Source of the DNA: Candidatus Poribacteria bacterium
GTDB taxonomy: Bacteria; Poribacteria; WGA-4E; PCPOR2b
Reading direction: 5' to 3'
Assembly (NCBI GenBank): GCA_965215015.1
Contig: OZ244042.1
Span: 3,040,001-3,104,000 of the forward strand
DNA length: 64,000 nucleotides
Below the pieces are notes generated by a model. That model ran no database searches. It was not told the origin of the DNA and saw only the letters and a list, made by a program, of their open reading frames with translations. Positions 41,372-51,390 of this stretch are shown piece by piece; position 1 is the first letter of the stretch, and every line of letters begins with the position of its first letter. Made by a program: the position numbers and the translations under genes.

Positions 41372-42856
41372 TTATTGTACAAGCGGCAGTATACTCACAG
41401 CTTCTCTAAACATATCAATGGCGATCGAGGGCCAAATGCCGAGCACAATCGTAAGAATACCTAACGGTACCAATGTTGCAATTTCCCGCCCATTGATTTC
41501 GGTGATGTCTTTGTATTTCGGGTTCAACTCTCCCAAAAAGACACGCTGTAAGGTCCAGAGGAAGTAAGCCGCCCCGACAACAATACCGGCGGTCGAAAGG
41601 ATTGTCAGCACCTTGAATTTACTGTATGCACCAAGTAGAGACAAGGCTTCTCCCACGAAACCGCTGAGCCCTGGCAATCCCAAGGACGCCATAAACGCCA
41701 GCGTTGTTATGCCGGTGTATATCGGCATTTTGCTGCCGAGTCCACCGAAACCGTTGATTTCGCGATGGTGCGCTCGGTCATACACAACACCTACCAAGAG
41801 GAACAGCATCGCGCTGATCACGCCGTGATTGAACATCTGAAGGATAGCACCGGTTAATCCGCTCTCATTTCGCGCCGCAAGCCCTATCAGGACAAATCCC
41901 ATGTGTCCAATACTGGAATAGGCAACAAGTTTCTTGAAGTCCGTTTGTGCCAATGCACAGAGTGAACCGTAAACGATGTTGATAAAACCAAGGATTGCCA
42001 ACGAATTCCCCCACCTGCCTTCGCCATTGCAAAAGAAGTCCATCCCTTCCGGCAACATCGCAAAGTTTACACGAACCAGTCCATAAGTCCCCATCTTCAA
42101 AAGGATGCCCGCAAGGATGACACTAATCGCGGTCGGTGCTTCTACGTGAGCGTCGGGGAGCCACGTGTGGAAAGGGAAGATTGGCACTTTAACCGCAAAG
42201 CCGATGAAGAAACCGAGAAACGCCCATATCTGGAATGTGGGGTCCGCAAGCGCGTGGCCTGGGGTTTTCGCAAGTTCAATCAACGTTGGAATATCAAAGG
42301 TGCCGCCCTTGAGGTAGACAGCAATCATGGCGATAAGCATCAGGACACTACCGAAAAGGGTATACAGGAAAAACTTAATTGCCGCATACTCACGTCTCGG
42401 GCCGCCCCATATCCCGATCAGGAAGTACATCGGGAGTAGTGTGAGCTCAAAGAAGACATAGAATAGGAACATATCCAGAGCGCAGAAGAAACCGATCATC
42501 CCCGTTTCTAAGAGCAGAAACAGCGCAAGGTACGCTTTAATCCCTTTCTCGATTTTCCACGATGCGAGGACACATATTGGACCCAACAGTGCTGTTAAAA
42601 GCACTAGTGTCACGCTTAGTCCGTCAATTCCAACGTGGTAGTGGATTTTGAATGCTTGAATCCACATCACGTCTTCTTCAAACTGATGTCCCGATGCAGA
42701 TCGGTCATACGTAATAAAAAGGAATACTGCAATCAGCAGCGGGATTAGCGTGACAATAAACGTCACACGCTTAGCGAGTTCCTCCTGTTCTCGCCGAATA
42801 GCAAATAAAACCACAAGCATCCCTAGCAAAGGGATAAAAATCATCAACGATAGCAT
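41372..42856 (-). CDS. nuoM: NADH-quinone oxidoreductase subunit M
   Basis: GIDGLS, KFFLYT, PFHTWLPDAHVEAPT, SLGLPGLSGFVGE. Confidence 0.95.
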   Translation of the reverse strand: MLSLMIFIPLLGMLVVLFAIRREQEELAKRVTFIVTLIPLLIAVFLFITYDRSASGHQFEEDVMWIQAFKIHYHVGIDGLSVTLVLLTALLGPICVLASWKIEKGIKAYLALFLLLETGMIGFFCALDMFLFYVFFELTLLPMYFLIGIWGGPRREYAAIKFFLYTLFGSVLMLIAMIAVYLKGGTFDIPTLIELAKTPGHALADPTFQIWAFLGFFIGFAVKVPIFPFHTWLPDAHVEAPTAISVILAGILLKMGTYGLVRVNFAMLPEGMDFFCNGEGRWGNSLAILGFINIVYGSLCALAQTDFKKLVAYSSIGHMGFVLIGLAARNESGLTGAILQMFNHGVISAMLFLLVGVVYDRAHHREINGFGGLGSKMPIYTGITTLAFMASLGLPGLSGFVGEALSLLGAYSKFKVLTILSTAGIVVGAAYFLWTLQRVFLGELNPKYKDITEINGREIATLVPLGILTIVLGIWPSIAIDMFREAVSILPLVQ

Positions 42857-42957
42857 CCAGTGAAATCCTCCTCGTTAAAAGCGTCCGTAGGTAGCGCAGA
42901 TTTGAAATCTATTCCTACTATTCATAGCGTGATGCGCCAGATTCTCCACGCTTCACG

Positions 42958-43365
42958 TCAGCTCTGATTTGTTCTTTGAAGATAGTTTAAGATCCCTTCG
43001 GAAAAGACTATTTTATCAAGTCCATCAAAAGCAGCTATAGCGTTACGCGCAAGATTCAATATCGATTGTCCATCCTGAAAATCAAAGTAGATAGCAAGTT
43101 CATAGTCAAGCTCTCGCCGATGTCTATTGAGCGTTCTCAGGATTGTGCTGCAATCTCTGCCCTCGGGCATTCCAGCGTTAAAGAATGCCATTTGAATCTT
43201 GGTGTGTCCCCGATCCTTGTAATCGGGAAACGGCTCATTATCCCTCCACTATAACAAGACGTGATGATATACGGGATAGTAGGCTCTACACACTACAGTG
43301 CGAATATCTGCTTCGCAGAATTTTTGCAACGCGGGGTCATTAATTGGCAAAAGTGGAAATGCCAT
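42958..43365 (-). pseudogene. HEPN-domain (UPF0332-like) gene with an in-frame TAG
   Basis: EADIRTVVCRAYYPVYH...*...LNRHRRELDY; the two ORF-track pieces are in the same frame, separated by TAG at 43249-43251. Confidence 0.65.
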
Positions 43366-43397
43366 GATTTTCACCCTAATTTTGGTTGAAAGGCAAT

Positions 43398-45611
43398 CTA
43401 GAATAAAGCACGAAAAATCAAAATCAGTAGCACGACGCCGCCCAAAACCGCTAGCAGATAATTTTGGATCATGCCCGTTTGAACCTGCCTGACTCTGCCA
43501 CCGACCGACCAAGTAATTCGGGCGACCCAATTGACCAGTCCATCGACAAAGGTGTTATCGAACCACCCCGCGACTCGGGAACACCCTGCCTGTACAGCCA
43601 CACCGACCCCGTTGACAATTCCATCAATGATACGCAAATCAAACAGTCCGAGGACTTTTGAGCCTGCGACGGTCAGGGCAACAAGCACGCCATCGTAAAA
43701 TTCATCAAAATAGTATTTATTCCATAGCAGCGTGTAAATCGGTCGCAGCCTTGCTGCAACAGCGTCGGCAGAGAATTTTTTCCAGTAATAGAACAGCGCA
43801 GACAGTCCAATACCGAGAATAACGATAACAAATGATAACGGTACTACGATGTTATGCGCCTTATCGTGGTCTGGGTCATGGTGTACTGCTGCATCGTCGT
43901 GATGGGCATCTTCTGCGGCGTGTGCATCAGAAAGCCCTAACTGTGCGTGTAGGACGCCTTGACTTGAGTTGTGTCTCGCATGTTTAGGAGCGTGGATATG
44001 GGATTGCTCCGGTTGTTTTACATATTTTTCAAACGACCATTTGTTGACTATTGGAAAACTGAGAACGGCTAAAATAATCAATGGAATCGCCATCTTCCAA
44101 GGCGATTCGTGCACATGGGCGTGCATTTCTTGGTTGCGGGGTTCCCCGGTAAAAGTCATAAAGATGAGACGGAACATATAAAATGCGGTGATAACGGCTG
44201 CGAGGGCCGCCATGCCAAATAAAATATAGTGATGAACCGAACCCCAAGAGATTGCCCTGTAGAGTACCTCAACAAGGATAGCATCTTTACTCCAGAATCC
44301 TGAGAAGATATAAGGCACGCCAGCGATTGACAATGTCGCAATCAACATCGTCACAAAAGTGATGGGCATCTTATGTCTAAGCCCTCCCATGTGGCGCATA
44401 TCCTGTGCGGGGTCAATGCCAAAACTATCGAAAGAAGCGGCGTGTGCATTGGTATGCCCATGGTCGTCATCGTGAGCGTGGTCATGATTGTGGTCGTGAG
44501 CATGATGGGCGGTGTGGAAGGCATGGATGACGCTGCCAGATCCGAGGAACAGTAGGGCTTTGAAGAAGGCGTGTGTTGTGAGATGGAAAAGCCCTGCGAC
44601 ATAGCTCCCTGCCCCAATTGCCAACATCATATAGCCTAGCTGGCTGATGGTCGAATAGGCAAGAACCCGTTTAATATCAAACCGAACGATGGCGATCATT
44701 GCTGCGACTAGTGCCGTGAGGCCCCCAACATACGCAATGACTAAGGATGAATCCGCGGTAAGGATTGGGAACATTCGCGCGGTAAGATAAACCCCTGCGG
44801 CGACCATCGTCGCAGCGTGAATCAAGGCACTGACAGGGGTGGGCCCCTCCATCGCATCGGGAAGCCACGTATGCAAGGGGATTTGAGCCGACTTGCCAAC
44901 GGCACCGCAGAAGATTAGCACACCGGCGACCGACAACCACGTCAGATCGCCTGCGGTTAAGTTACTGGCAAGAGCGAAAATACCTTCATCACCGTAGAGC
45001 GATAAAGTGCGGAATTTGGTGAAAAGCATCATCATACCGATGAACATCCCGACATCTCCGACGCGGGTCGTCATGAACGCTTTTTTACACGCATTCGCTG
45101 GGGCATCTTGTTCAAACCAGAATCCGATGAGCAGATAAGAGCAAACACCGACAAGTTCCCAACCAATATAGATACCGAGCAGGTTGTCAGAAACGACCAG
45201 AAAGAGCATGGAAAAGGAGAACAACGACAGGAAGGCAAAGAAGCGAGGATAGCGGGGATCTCCGTGCATGTATCCGATTGAGAAGATATGCACAAGGCTA
45301 CTGACAATTGTGACGACGAGGAGCATAACGGAGGTCACGCTGTCAAAGAGGAATCCCATTGAAAAATTGACTGAGCCCAATGGGAGCCATGTGAGTGAGT
45401 GTATCTCTGCTCCATCGTGCGAAAATTTATCGGGGTCATTGACAACGTTTGTAAACAGGAGAACAGCGCAGACAAATGCCACAAGCATTGCTGCGGTTGA
45501 AACCAGATCTTGGCGGCGGTAATTACGTCCGGTCAGCGATAGGAGACCGAAAAACGCGAAAGCCGCAAGGGGGGCAAGCAAAATGATGCTAATGAGAGGT
45601 ACAACAGGCAT
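43398..45611 (-). CDS. nuoL: NADH-quinone oxidoreductase subunit L
   Basis: GKSAQIPLHTWLPDAMEGPTPVSALIHAATMV, HAFFKALLFL; two His-rich loops. Confidence 0.95.
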   Translation of the reverse strand: MPVVPLISIILLAPLAAFAFFGLLSLTGRNYRRQDLVSTAAMLVAFVCAVLLFTNVVNDPDKFSHDGAEIHSLTWLPLGSVNFSMGFLFDSVTSVMLLVVTIVSSLVHIFSIGYMHGDPRYPRFFAFLSLFSFSMLFLVVSDNLLGIYIGWELVGVCSYLLIGFWFEQDAPANACKKAFMTTRVGDVGMFIGMMMLFTKFRTLSLYGDEGIFALASNLTAGDLTWLSVAGVLIFCGAVGKSAQIPLHTWLPDAMEGPTPVSALIHAATMVAAGVYLTARMFPILTADSSLVIAYVGGLTALVAAMIAIVRFDIKRVLAYSTISQLGYMMLAIGAGSYVAGLFHLTTHAFFKALLFLGSGSVIHAFHTAHHAHDHNHDHAHDDDHGHTNAHAASFDSFGIDPAQDMRHMGGLRHKMPITFVTMLIATLSIAGVPYIFSGFWSKDAILVEVLYRAISWGSVHHYILFGMAALAAVITAFYMFRLIFMTFTGEPRNQEMHAHVHESPWKMAIPLIILAVLSFPIVNKWSFEKYVKQPEQSHIHAPKHARHNSSQGVLHAQLGLSDAHAAEDAHHDDAAVHHDPDHDKAHNIVVPLSFVIVILGIGLSALFYYWKKFSADAVAARLRPIYTLLWNKYYFDEFYDGVLVALTVAGSKVLGLFDLRIIDGIVNGVGVAVQAGCSRVAGWFDNTFVDGLVNWVARITWSVGGRVRQVQTGMIQNYLLAVLGGVVLLILIFRALF

Positions 45612-45635
45612 ATAATAATCTCCTAATGCGATTAT

Positions 45636-45915
45636 TTACTCGATTTCTGAGATAATATGATTCGGGTCACGGGGCCGTAATTTTTCTGTGGTACAATCTA
45701 CAAGCAGATCAAATTCTTCGAGGACAATTACTCCGATGAGTGCAAAATATCGGTTGGGCTCAATACTTGCGCGAAAAGTTGCTTTACGTCCTAAAAGTTC
45801 TACCAGAACATCAGCCACTAGCTTCCGTGGGACACTGCGTCCATCAGCACAACGAACTTGTATTTCATCAACTTCGCGCACGCCTAATTCTGCTGCCACA
45901 TCTTCGGGGGTTCCC
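45636..45915 (-). pseudogene. Clan AA (retropepsin-like) aspartyl protease, N-terminally truncated
   Basis: PEDVAAELG...ADGR...LIGVIVLEEFDLLVD; the catalytic DTG segment is replaced by repeat DNA. Confidence 0.6.
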
Positions 45916-46080
45916 AAGGGTGGGGCAGAACCTACCCTCGCTGAAATCGGGGTCGCCGAAACTGCCAAATGCACCAACATATGCCTTCTGTTGTAGGTCA
46001 ATTTTCCAAAATCAACGTTTCGGTGTCGAGATATGAATCTTGACTTAAAAGACTTCGAGGGTTCAACGGCGTAAGTCCTA
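45916..46080. repeat. Composite repeat element (36-bp unit and family B right end)
   Basis: Matches 39671-39706 and the reverse complement of 15919-15946. Confidence 0.6.
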
Positions 46081-46104
46081 CTCCTACATATTAGGCACAG
46101 GAAA

Positions 46105-46413
46105 CTATCCCTTCAAAGTATCGGTCTCGTCAGGACTGATGGTACTGAACTCCCTATAAATTGCCAAAATAATGGCTAAAAAGACAGCGGCTTCGGCGGC
46201 GGCAAGGACTATCCCAAAGAGCGCGATGATCTGGCCACTAATGTCGTCGGGTGGCGTCACGAAGCGGGAGAAGGCAGCAAAATTGAGGTTACAGGAATTG
46301 AGAATCAATTCGATCCCCATCAGGATGCTGATAGCGTTCCGACGTGTCAAAACACAAAAGATTCCGAGACAGAACAGTATAATGCTGATGACAAGGTAAC
46401 TCTGTAAACTCAT
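46105..46413 (-). CDS. nuoK: NADH-quinone oxidoreductase subunit K
   Basis: RRNAISILMGIELILN, AAAEAAV. Confidence 0.95.
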   Translation of the reverse strand: MSLQSYLVISIILFCLGIFCVLTRRNAISILMGIELILNSCNLNFAAFSRFVTPPDDISGQIIALFGIVLAAAEAAVFLAIILAIYREFSTISPDETDTLKG

Positions 46414-46940
46414 TCGCCTCTGACCTCCTTACGAGAAATGAGTGCTGCACCAATCAGCGCGACCAGTAGCAGAATCGACACAATCTCAAATGGCAATAAG
46501 AATTCTTCCTTCATAATCATCTCGCCAATCTTCTGTGTTGTCGGTTCCTGCGAGGCTCCTACATCCACATTTTCCCATTGTGGTGTGTTTGTAATGGCAC
46601 TCAAAAGCAAGCCGAAGAGGATTAGTGATACAATGCCTCCCCAGAAAAGCTGTCCCCGCTCAAGCTTGAGCTTCAGGTCCAAGCGTCCACTTGTCATCAT
46701 GACTCCAAATAAGATCAGTACCAGAATACCCCCGACATAGACTATCACTTGGGTAGCAGCAAGGAAATCCGCTTGTAAAAAAACATAAAGCCCTGCAACG
46801 CTGAAAAGCGTAACCATCAGTGAGAAGGCAGCGTAGACGATATTTTTTATCGTCACAACAACCACTGCCGATCCAATGGTCAGCAGGGCAAAAAGGTAGA
46901 AAACCAATTGTTGGAGATTAAATTCCATGGGGAGACTCAA
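46410..46940 (-). CDS. nuoJ: NADH-quinone oxidoreductase subunit J
   Basis: QVIVYVGGILVLILF, LPFEIVSILLLVALIGA. Confidence 0.93.
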   Translation of the reverse strand: MSLPMEFNLQQLVFYLFALLTIGSAVVVVTIKNIVYAAFSLMVTLFSVAGLYVFLQADFLAATQVIVYVGGILVLILFGVMMTSGRLDLKLKLERGQLFWGGIVSLILFGLLLSAITNTPQWENVDVGASQEPTTQKIGEMIMKEEFLLPFEIVSILLLVALIGAALISRKEVRGE

Positions 46941-46955
46941 TTACTTAATTTTGGA

Positions 46956-47048
46956 GGTTCATAATAAAAGGAAAGTGCACAGCGCGAAGATAAACCGAGT
47001 TTTTTCTTGAAAACTCGGGGGCTGTTGCACGATTTCTTAACATGAGCC
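46956..47048. repeat. MITE-like element family A (nuoI-nuoJ spacer)
   Basis: Reverse complement aligns along its length with 49170-49260; internal CCGAGTTTT...AAAACTCGG hairpin. Confidence 0.7.
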
Positions 47049-47092
47049 AATTTTGGATTTGAGGTATTACGTCGTAGTTCACTTGCCCAGAT

Positions 47093-47764
47093 TTAGTCTG
47101 CGGCTTCTGCCTCGGTGGATTCATCAGCAGGTTGCTCATACATCTCTGGCTTCGCAAATTCGTAAATCAGGTCTGTCCGATCGAAGGTTGAGTACTCAAT
47201 CCCCTCACTAAGATTATCGAACATAATCAGGCACTCGGTTGGACAAACTTCAGTGCAAAGACCACAGTACATACAGAGCGACATATCAATGTCAAACTGA
47301 TCGAGGTAGAAAATGACCGGCTTCCGCTCAACGACATTAGCGATTTCCTCACTTGAAACAGTGACAGTTCTATCGTCGCGTGTCTTAATTGTGACAGTTG
47401 TATTGGGTGCTGGTTTCTCGTCTCCCTCAATATTGCCGACAATTTCTGTTCTATCTTTGAGATGGACCACGTTCATGCTATCCCAAAGCCGTTCACCTTT
47501 GGGCAGTTTTTGGGTAGTAATAGTAATACAATCAACAGGACAAATCATCTCGCATTTTTTGCAACCGATGCAGTCCTCAATGCGGTTGTGTAGCTTTCCG
47601 CGATACCCTTTGGGGATCTCGCGCACATTTTTCTTCTGCTCAAAGGAGCGGTCATAAGGATATTGGTGGGTGACGGAGGGTTGTAACAACTGTTTAAAGG
47701 TGATACGCATACCGACGAGGGCTGTATAAAGCCCCAGATAGATATTTGACAAATAGTGACGCAT
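47093..47764 (-). CDS. nuoI: NADH-quinone oxidoreductase subunit I with inserted domain
   Basis: CIGCKKCEMICP and CMYCGLCTEVCP; AGGAGG RBS; ~50-aa insertion between the motifs. Confidence 0.9.
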   Translation of the reverse strand: MRHYLSNIYLGLYTALVGMRITFKQLLQPSVTHQYPYDRSFEQKKNVREIPKGYRGKLHNRIEDCIGCKKCEMICPVDCITITTQKLPKGERLWDSMNVVHLKDRTEIVGNIEGDEKPAPNTTVTIKTRDDRTVTVSSEEIANVVERKPVIFYLDQFDIDMSLCMYCGLCTEVCPTECLIMFDNLSEGIEYSTFDRTDLIYEFAKPEMYEQPADESTEAEAAD

Positions 47765-47808
47765 GATGAAACCTCCTTGAGAGGTAAATTTGTACACCTT
47801 TGGCTTTT

Positions 47809-49122
47809 CTATGTTATCGCAGAAATTTGCCTCTCCGCTGAACTTGGCGGTGGTTCAGGGCCCTTCGATAAACTCTTACCTAGCACACCGAACGTGAAAA
47901 TGAGTCCAAGTATAATAACAACAATACTAATAATAATACTCAATAGCGAATCTTTCGGGAAAATCAACCCCCAGATACCGACGCCCAGAATATTGAAGAA
48001 TGAAATAGGTATAAAATACTTCCAACATAGATTCATCAACTGATCCACACGCAAACGCGGCAGCGTCCAGCGCAGCCACATCATGATGAACACCAAGAAC
48101 AGTGTTTTGATAGCGACCCCCAAAAGTCCACCGAGGGTGAGCGTTCTGAGGATAAAGCCGAGAATGCCGGCTTCAGGTAACATCCCTGCAGGTACAATCC
48201 CGTGCCAACCGCCGAGGAACAAAGTCGAAGCAATTGCACTGACCGCGAACATATTCGCATATTCCGCAATGAAGAATAGCGCAAAGCGCATACCACTATA
48301 CTCGGTGTGAAAACCAGCGACCAATTCGGATTCTGCTTCGGGCAGGTCAAACGGGGTTCGGTTGACTTCAGCAATTAATGATATGAAAAAGACGAAGAAC
48401 GCAATAAAGGTGAACGGTGTCCGAAAAATTAGCCAGTTTGCTATCCCGTCTTGTCCCTTGACGATTTCCTGCATATTCAAGGTCTGCACCAGCATGACAA
48501 CTGTCAAAATGCCGAGACCAATCGGAATTTCATAGCTGACGATTTGGGCGGCGGAACGCATCGCCCCAAGCAGTGACCATTTGCTATTGGAAGCCCAACC
48601 CGCCATAATCACGCCCATCACAATGACAGAAGAGATCGCCATAATATAAAAAATGCCGATATTTAACTCACTGACCAAAATGGACTGCCCAAACGGAATT
48701 GCGGCAAACACGGCAAAGGAGCAGGCGAAGATAATGTATGGAGAGACCACAAAGAGGAATTTATCTCCCTCCCGTGGGATATGGTCCTCCTTAAAAATGA
48801 GCTTAACCCCATCAGCTAAGGTTTGCAGGATACCATGCGGTCCCACTCGCATCGGTCCAACCCGATCCTGGATATGTGCTGAAACTTTCCGTTCCGCTAA
48901 AACAAGACCCAGCGGGAGTAGAGGAACGACCGCAACAAAAATGACGCAACATGCAAGCATAATTGCCAATTCGCCGAGCGGGGCGGGGAGATGTGCTAAA
49001 AATGGCGCATGATCTTGGACAAATCTGTGCGCCCAGCTTTCGGAGGATTGGACGAAAAATTGATGTAAGTTTTCAACCCCGATTGCATCGGAATTCACAG
49101 CAATTTGTAAACCGAGTGGCAT
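47809..49122 (-). CDS. nuoH: NADH-quinone oxidoreductase subunit H
   Basis: ERKVSAHIQDRVGP, NRTPFDLPEAESELVAGFHTEYSG, PRLRVDQLM. Confidence 0.96.
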   Translation of the reverse strand: MPLGLQIAVNSDAIGVENLHQFFVQSSESWAHRFVQDHAPFLAHLPAPLGELAIMLACCVIFVAVVPLLPLGLVLAERKVSAHIQDRVGPMRVGPHGILQTLADGVKLIFKEDHIPREGDKFLFVVSPYIIFACSFAVFAAIPFGQSILVSELNIGIFYIMAISSVIVMGVIMAGWASNSKWSLLGAMRSAAQIVSYEIPIGLGILTVVMLVQTLNMQEIVKGQDGIANWLIFRTPFTFIAFFVFFISLIAEVNRTPFDLPEAESELVAGFHTEYSGMRFALFFIAEYANMFAVSAIASTLFLGGWHGIVPAGMLPEAGILGFILRTLTLGGLLGVAIKTLFLVFIMMWLRWTLPRLRVDQLMNLCWKYFIPISFFNILGVGIWGLIFPKDSLLSIIISIVVIILGLIFTFGVLGKSLSKGPEPPPSSAERQISAIT

Positions 49123-49169
49123 TCAAACTCCTTAATCCGTGGAAGGCGATTCGCGAAGATCGACAGCGA

Positions 49170-49260
49170 GGCGCATGTTAAGAAAGCGTGCAACAGACAC
49201 CAAGTTTTTCCAAAAAACTCGGGATATCTTCGCATTTTATACTTTCTTTTTACATAAACC
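49170..49260. repeat. MITE-like element family A (nuoD-nuoH spacer)
   Basis: GGCGCATGTTAAGAAAGCGTGCAAC...ACTTTCTTTTTACATAAACC. Confidence 0.7.
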
Positions 49261-49270
49261 GACATCGAAT

Positions 49271-50452
49271 CTAGCGATCGACCTCTCCCATGACAATATC
49301 AATACTTCCGATGATTGCAATAATATCCGCGACCATTAATCCGCGGCTCAACTCTTGCAACGCACTCAACGCTGTAAAGCAAGGCGATTTGGCTTTTACA
49401 CGCACCGGCTTCGGTGTGCCATCACTCACGATGTAAAATCCCAGTTCCCCGCGGGGGGCTTCGCTTCGAGAAAAGATTTCACCCTTGGGGGGACGCACGG
49501 CTTTCATCTCTGCCTGAACTGGACCATCAGGAAGGCCAGACTCAAGAATTTGCCGAATGATTCGGATGGACTGTTTCATCTCATCCATCCGGACTTTATA
49601 ACGATTCCAGCAATCGCCGGCGACCACACCAAACTCTGGAATATCTCTGCCAACCGGAATGTCAAAGTCGAATCGGTCATAAATGGAGTACGGTTCATCT
49701 TTGCGCAGGTCCCATTGTAATCCCGCTCCACGGAGGTTGGGACCCGTGACACCGTAGTTAATCGCCATCTCTGTATCCATGACAGCGACATCTGCTGTGC
49801 GCTCAATGAAGATACGGTTGGCTGTGAGCAGTGCGTTGTACTCATCGATCTGCGGCTCGAAATAATCGATAAATTCCTTAACATCATCAATAAAGCCCGG
49901 TGGTGCATCCCTTGAAACCCCGCCGACACGGATATAATTGTACGTCAGTCGTGCACCGCAAATCTTTTCAAAAAGCAGGAGGATTTTCTCGCGGTCTCTA
50001 AAGGCGTAAAGGAACGGGGTGAACGCACCGATGTCCATGCCATAGGTGCCGAAAGATAACAGATGGCTCCCGATTCGATTCAGTTCACCAATGAGCACAC
50101 GAAGGTATTCCCCCCGCTCAGGAACGCCGGGAAATCTTTTCTTTTCGTCCGTCGCCATTAACTCCTCAACCGCCAAACAGAATCCCCAATTCATATTCAT
50201 CGCCGCAATATAATCCATTCGATCGGTAAACGGAATAATCTGCTGATAATTCAGATTCTCGGAATGCTTCTCAAAGCAGCGGTGTAAGTAGCCAATATGG
50301 GGGATTGCATCCCGGACGACCTCACCATCTAATTTCAGCTCAAGCCTTAAAACGCCATGAGTGCTTGGGTGCTGCGGTCCCATGCTAACAATCATCTCGT
50401 CTGAAAATGGCTTCAGTTCAATAAATTTGCTTTCCGGTTGTGGTGCTGCCAT
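49271..50452 (-). CDS. nuoD: NADH-quinone oxidoreductase subunit D
   Basis: MGPQHPSTHGVLRL, GYLHR, EAPRGELG, DIVMGEVDR; alternative GTG start at 50479. Confidence 0.96.
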   Translation of the reverse strand: MAAPQPESKFIELKPFSDEMIVSMGPQHPSTHGVLRLELKLDGEVVRDAIPHIGYLHRCFEKHSENLNYQQIIPFTDRMDYIAAMNMNWGFCLAVEELMATDEKKRFPGVPERGEYLRVLIGELNRIGSHLLSFGTYGMDIGAFTPFLYAFRDREKILLLFEKICGARLTYNYIRVGGVSRDAPPGFIDDVKEFIDYFEPQIDEYNALLTANRIFIERTADVAVMDTEMAINYGVTGPNLRGAGLQWDLRKDEPYSIYDRFDFDIPVGRDIPEFGVVAGDCWNRYKVRMDEMKQSIRIIRQILESGLPDGPVQAEMKAVRPPKGEIFSRSEAPRGELGFYIVSDGTPKPVRVKAKSPCFTALSALQELSRGLMVADIIAIIGSIDIVMGEVDR

Positions 50453-50496
50453 GGTGAATTTCCTTAAAGTTTCAGCCACCTTTAGCTGTGTACAGT

Positions 50497-51390
50497 TTAT
50501 TCTGATGGCTCGGTGAATTTGTCAGCAGAGGGCCATATCTCCATGATTATCTTAGCCAAGTATTTACTGCGCTCTTGGATGGCTGCTTCATCCCAGACAT
50601 CGGGGGCACCGTTTAGCAATTGCTTGTTAAGAAATAAGCTGCTATGGTTGTTTAATGTCCTTCGTTTTTCACTCCAGGGGTTGTTGGAGAGCTTTGCGTT
50701 CAACTTGGCAGTTATCAGAGTGAAATTCCCTATTGATTTAACGGCCTCGTCTCTGTTTTCGGTGGCTTCGGTCTCATCTGTATTTGGTAGTAGTGGCCAA
50801 TTCTGCTGCCACTTTTGTGGCATAATATGCTCGACAGTCAACTTAGCGGTGTCTCCAAGAGGCTCAGCGTCACCGCCTCTTAAATGCATTTCAACGGCTT
50901 CAAACACCATCTTTTTACGAGGTGTTGCGCCTCGCATTGGATTAGTAATAAGGTGCTCGTATAGCTCCCGGTCATTGGGCCATTGCGTGGCTAGTAAAAA
51001 TGCTACAATGGCATCGCTGGTGTCAGCAATTGCTTTCAGCGCGTCCGGGTCCACCAGGCACTTTAGGAGGTTCATGAAAACTTTGTTTAGACCAGAAGAA
51101 GGTATATCGCAGAGCATCCGTCTCACCAGATAGCTTTCCAACGCCTTGACACTCCTCAAACGCTGTTCTTCAGACACTTTAGATGTATACAACCAGAGCA
51201 GCAGGGGCGTGACCACGCCCAGTTTCATCACTTTCATCCGCTTTAAGAAGGTCTCGATTTCGGGAATTTCGATCTTCTCTAGGGCTTTGTAGATTTTCCC
51301 AGCATCTTTGAGGTCCTTTGCAATGGACTCAATGGGTGTTCGTTCACCTATCTGATAACGCCCTCGTTCTTGCTCCCTCTCCACGTACAT
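50497..51390 (-). CDS. DUF1524 HNH-endonuclease domain protein (C-terminal half of a GmrSD/DUF262-type enzyme)
   Basis: LESYLVRR, TVEHIMPQ, IGNFTLI..LNAKLSN, W....I..R; lacks the DUF262 domain. Confidence 0.75.
   Translation of the reverse strand: MYVEREQERGRYQIGERTPIESIAKDLKDAGKIYKALEKIEIPEIETFLKRMKVMKLGVVTPLLLWLYTSKVSEEQRLRSVKALESYLVRRMLCDIPSSGLNKVFMNLLKCLVDPDALKAIADTSDAIVAFLLATQWPNDRELYEHLITNPMRGATPRKKMVFEAVEMHLRGGDAEPLGDTAKLTVEHIMPQKWQQNWPLLPNTDETEATENRDEAVKSIGNFTLITAKLNAKLSNNPWSEKRRTLNNHSSLFLNKQLLNGAPDVWDEAAIQERSKYLAKIIMEIWPSADKFTEPSE

Noticed and set aside
43249-43251. Pyrrolysine or stop-codon recoding at the HEPN TAG
   Set aside because: TAG is a normal stop for many genes here and the gene shows other degenerate positions
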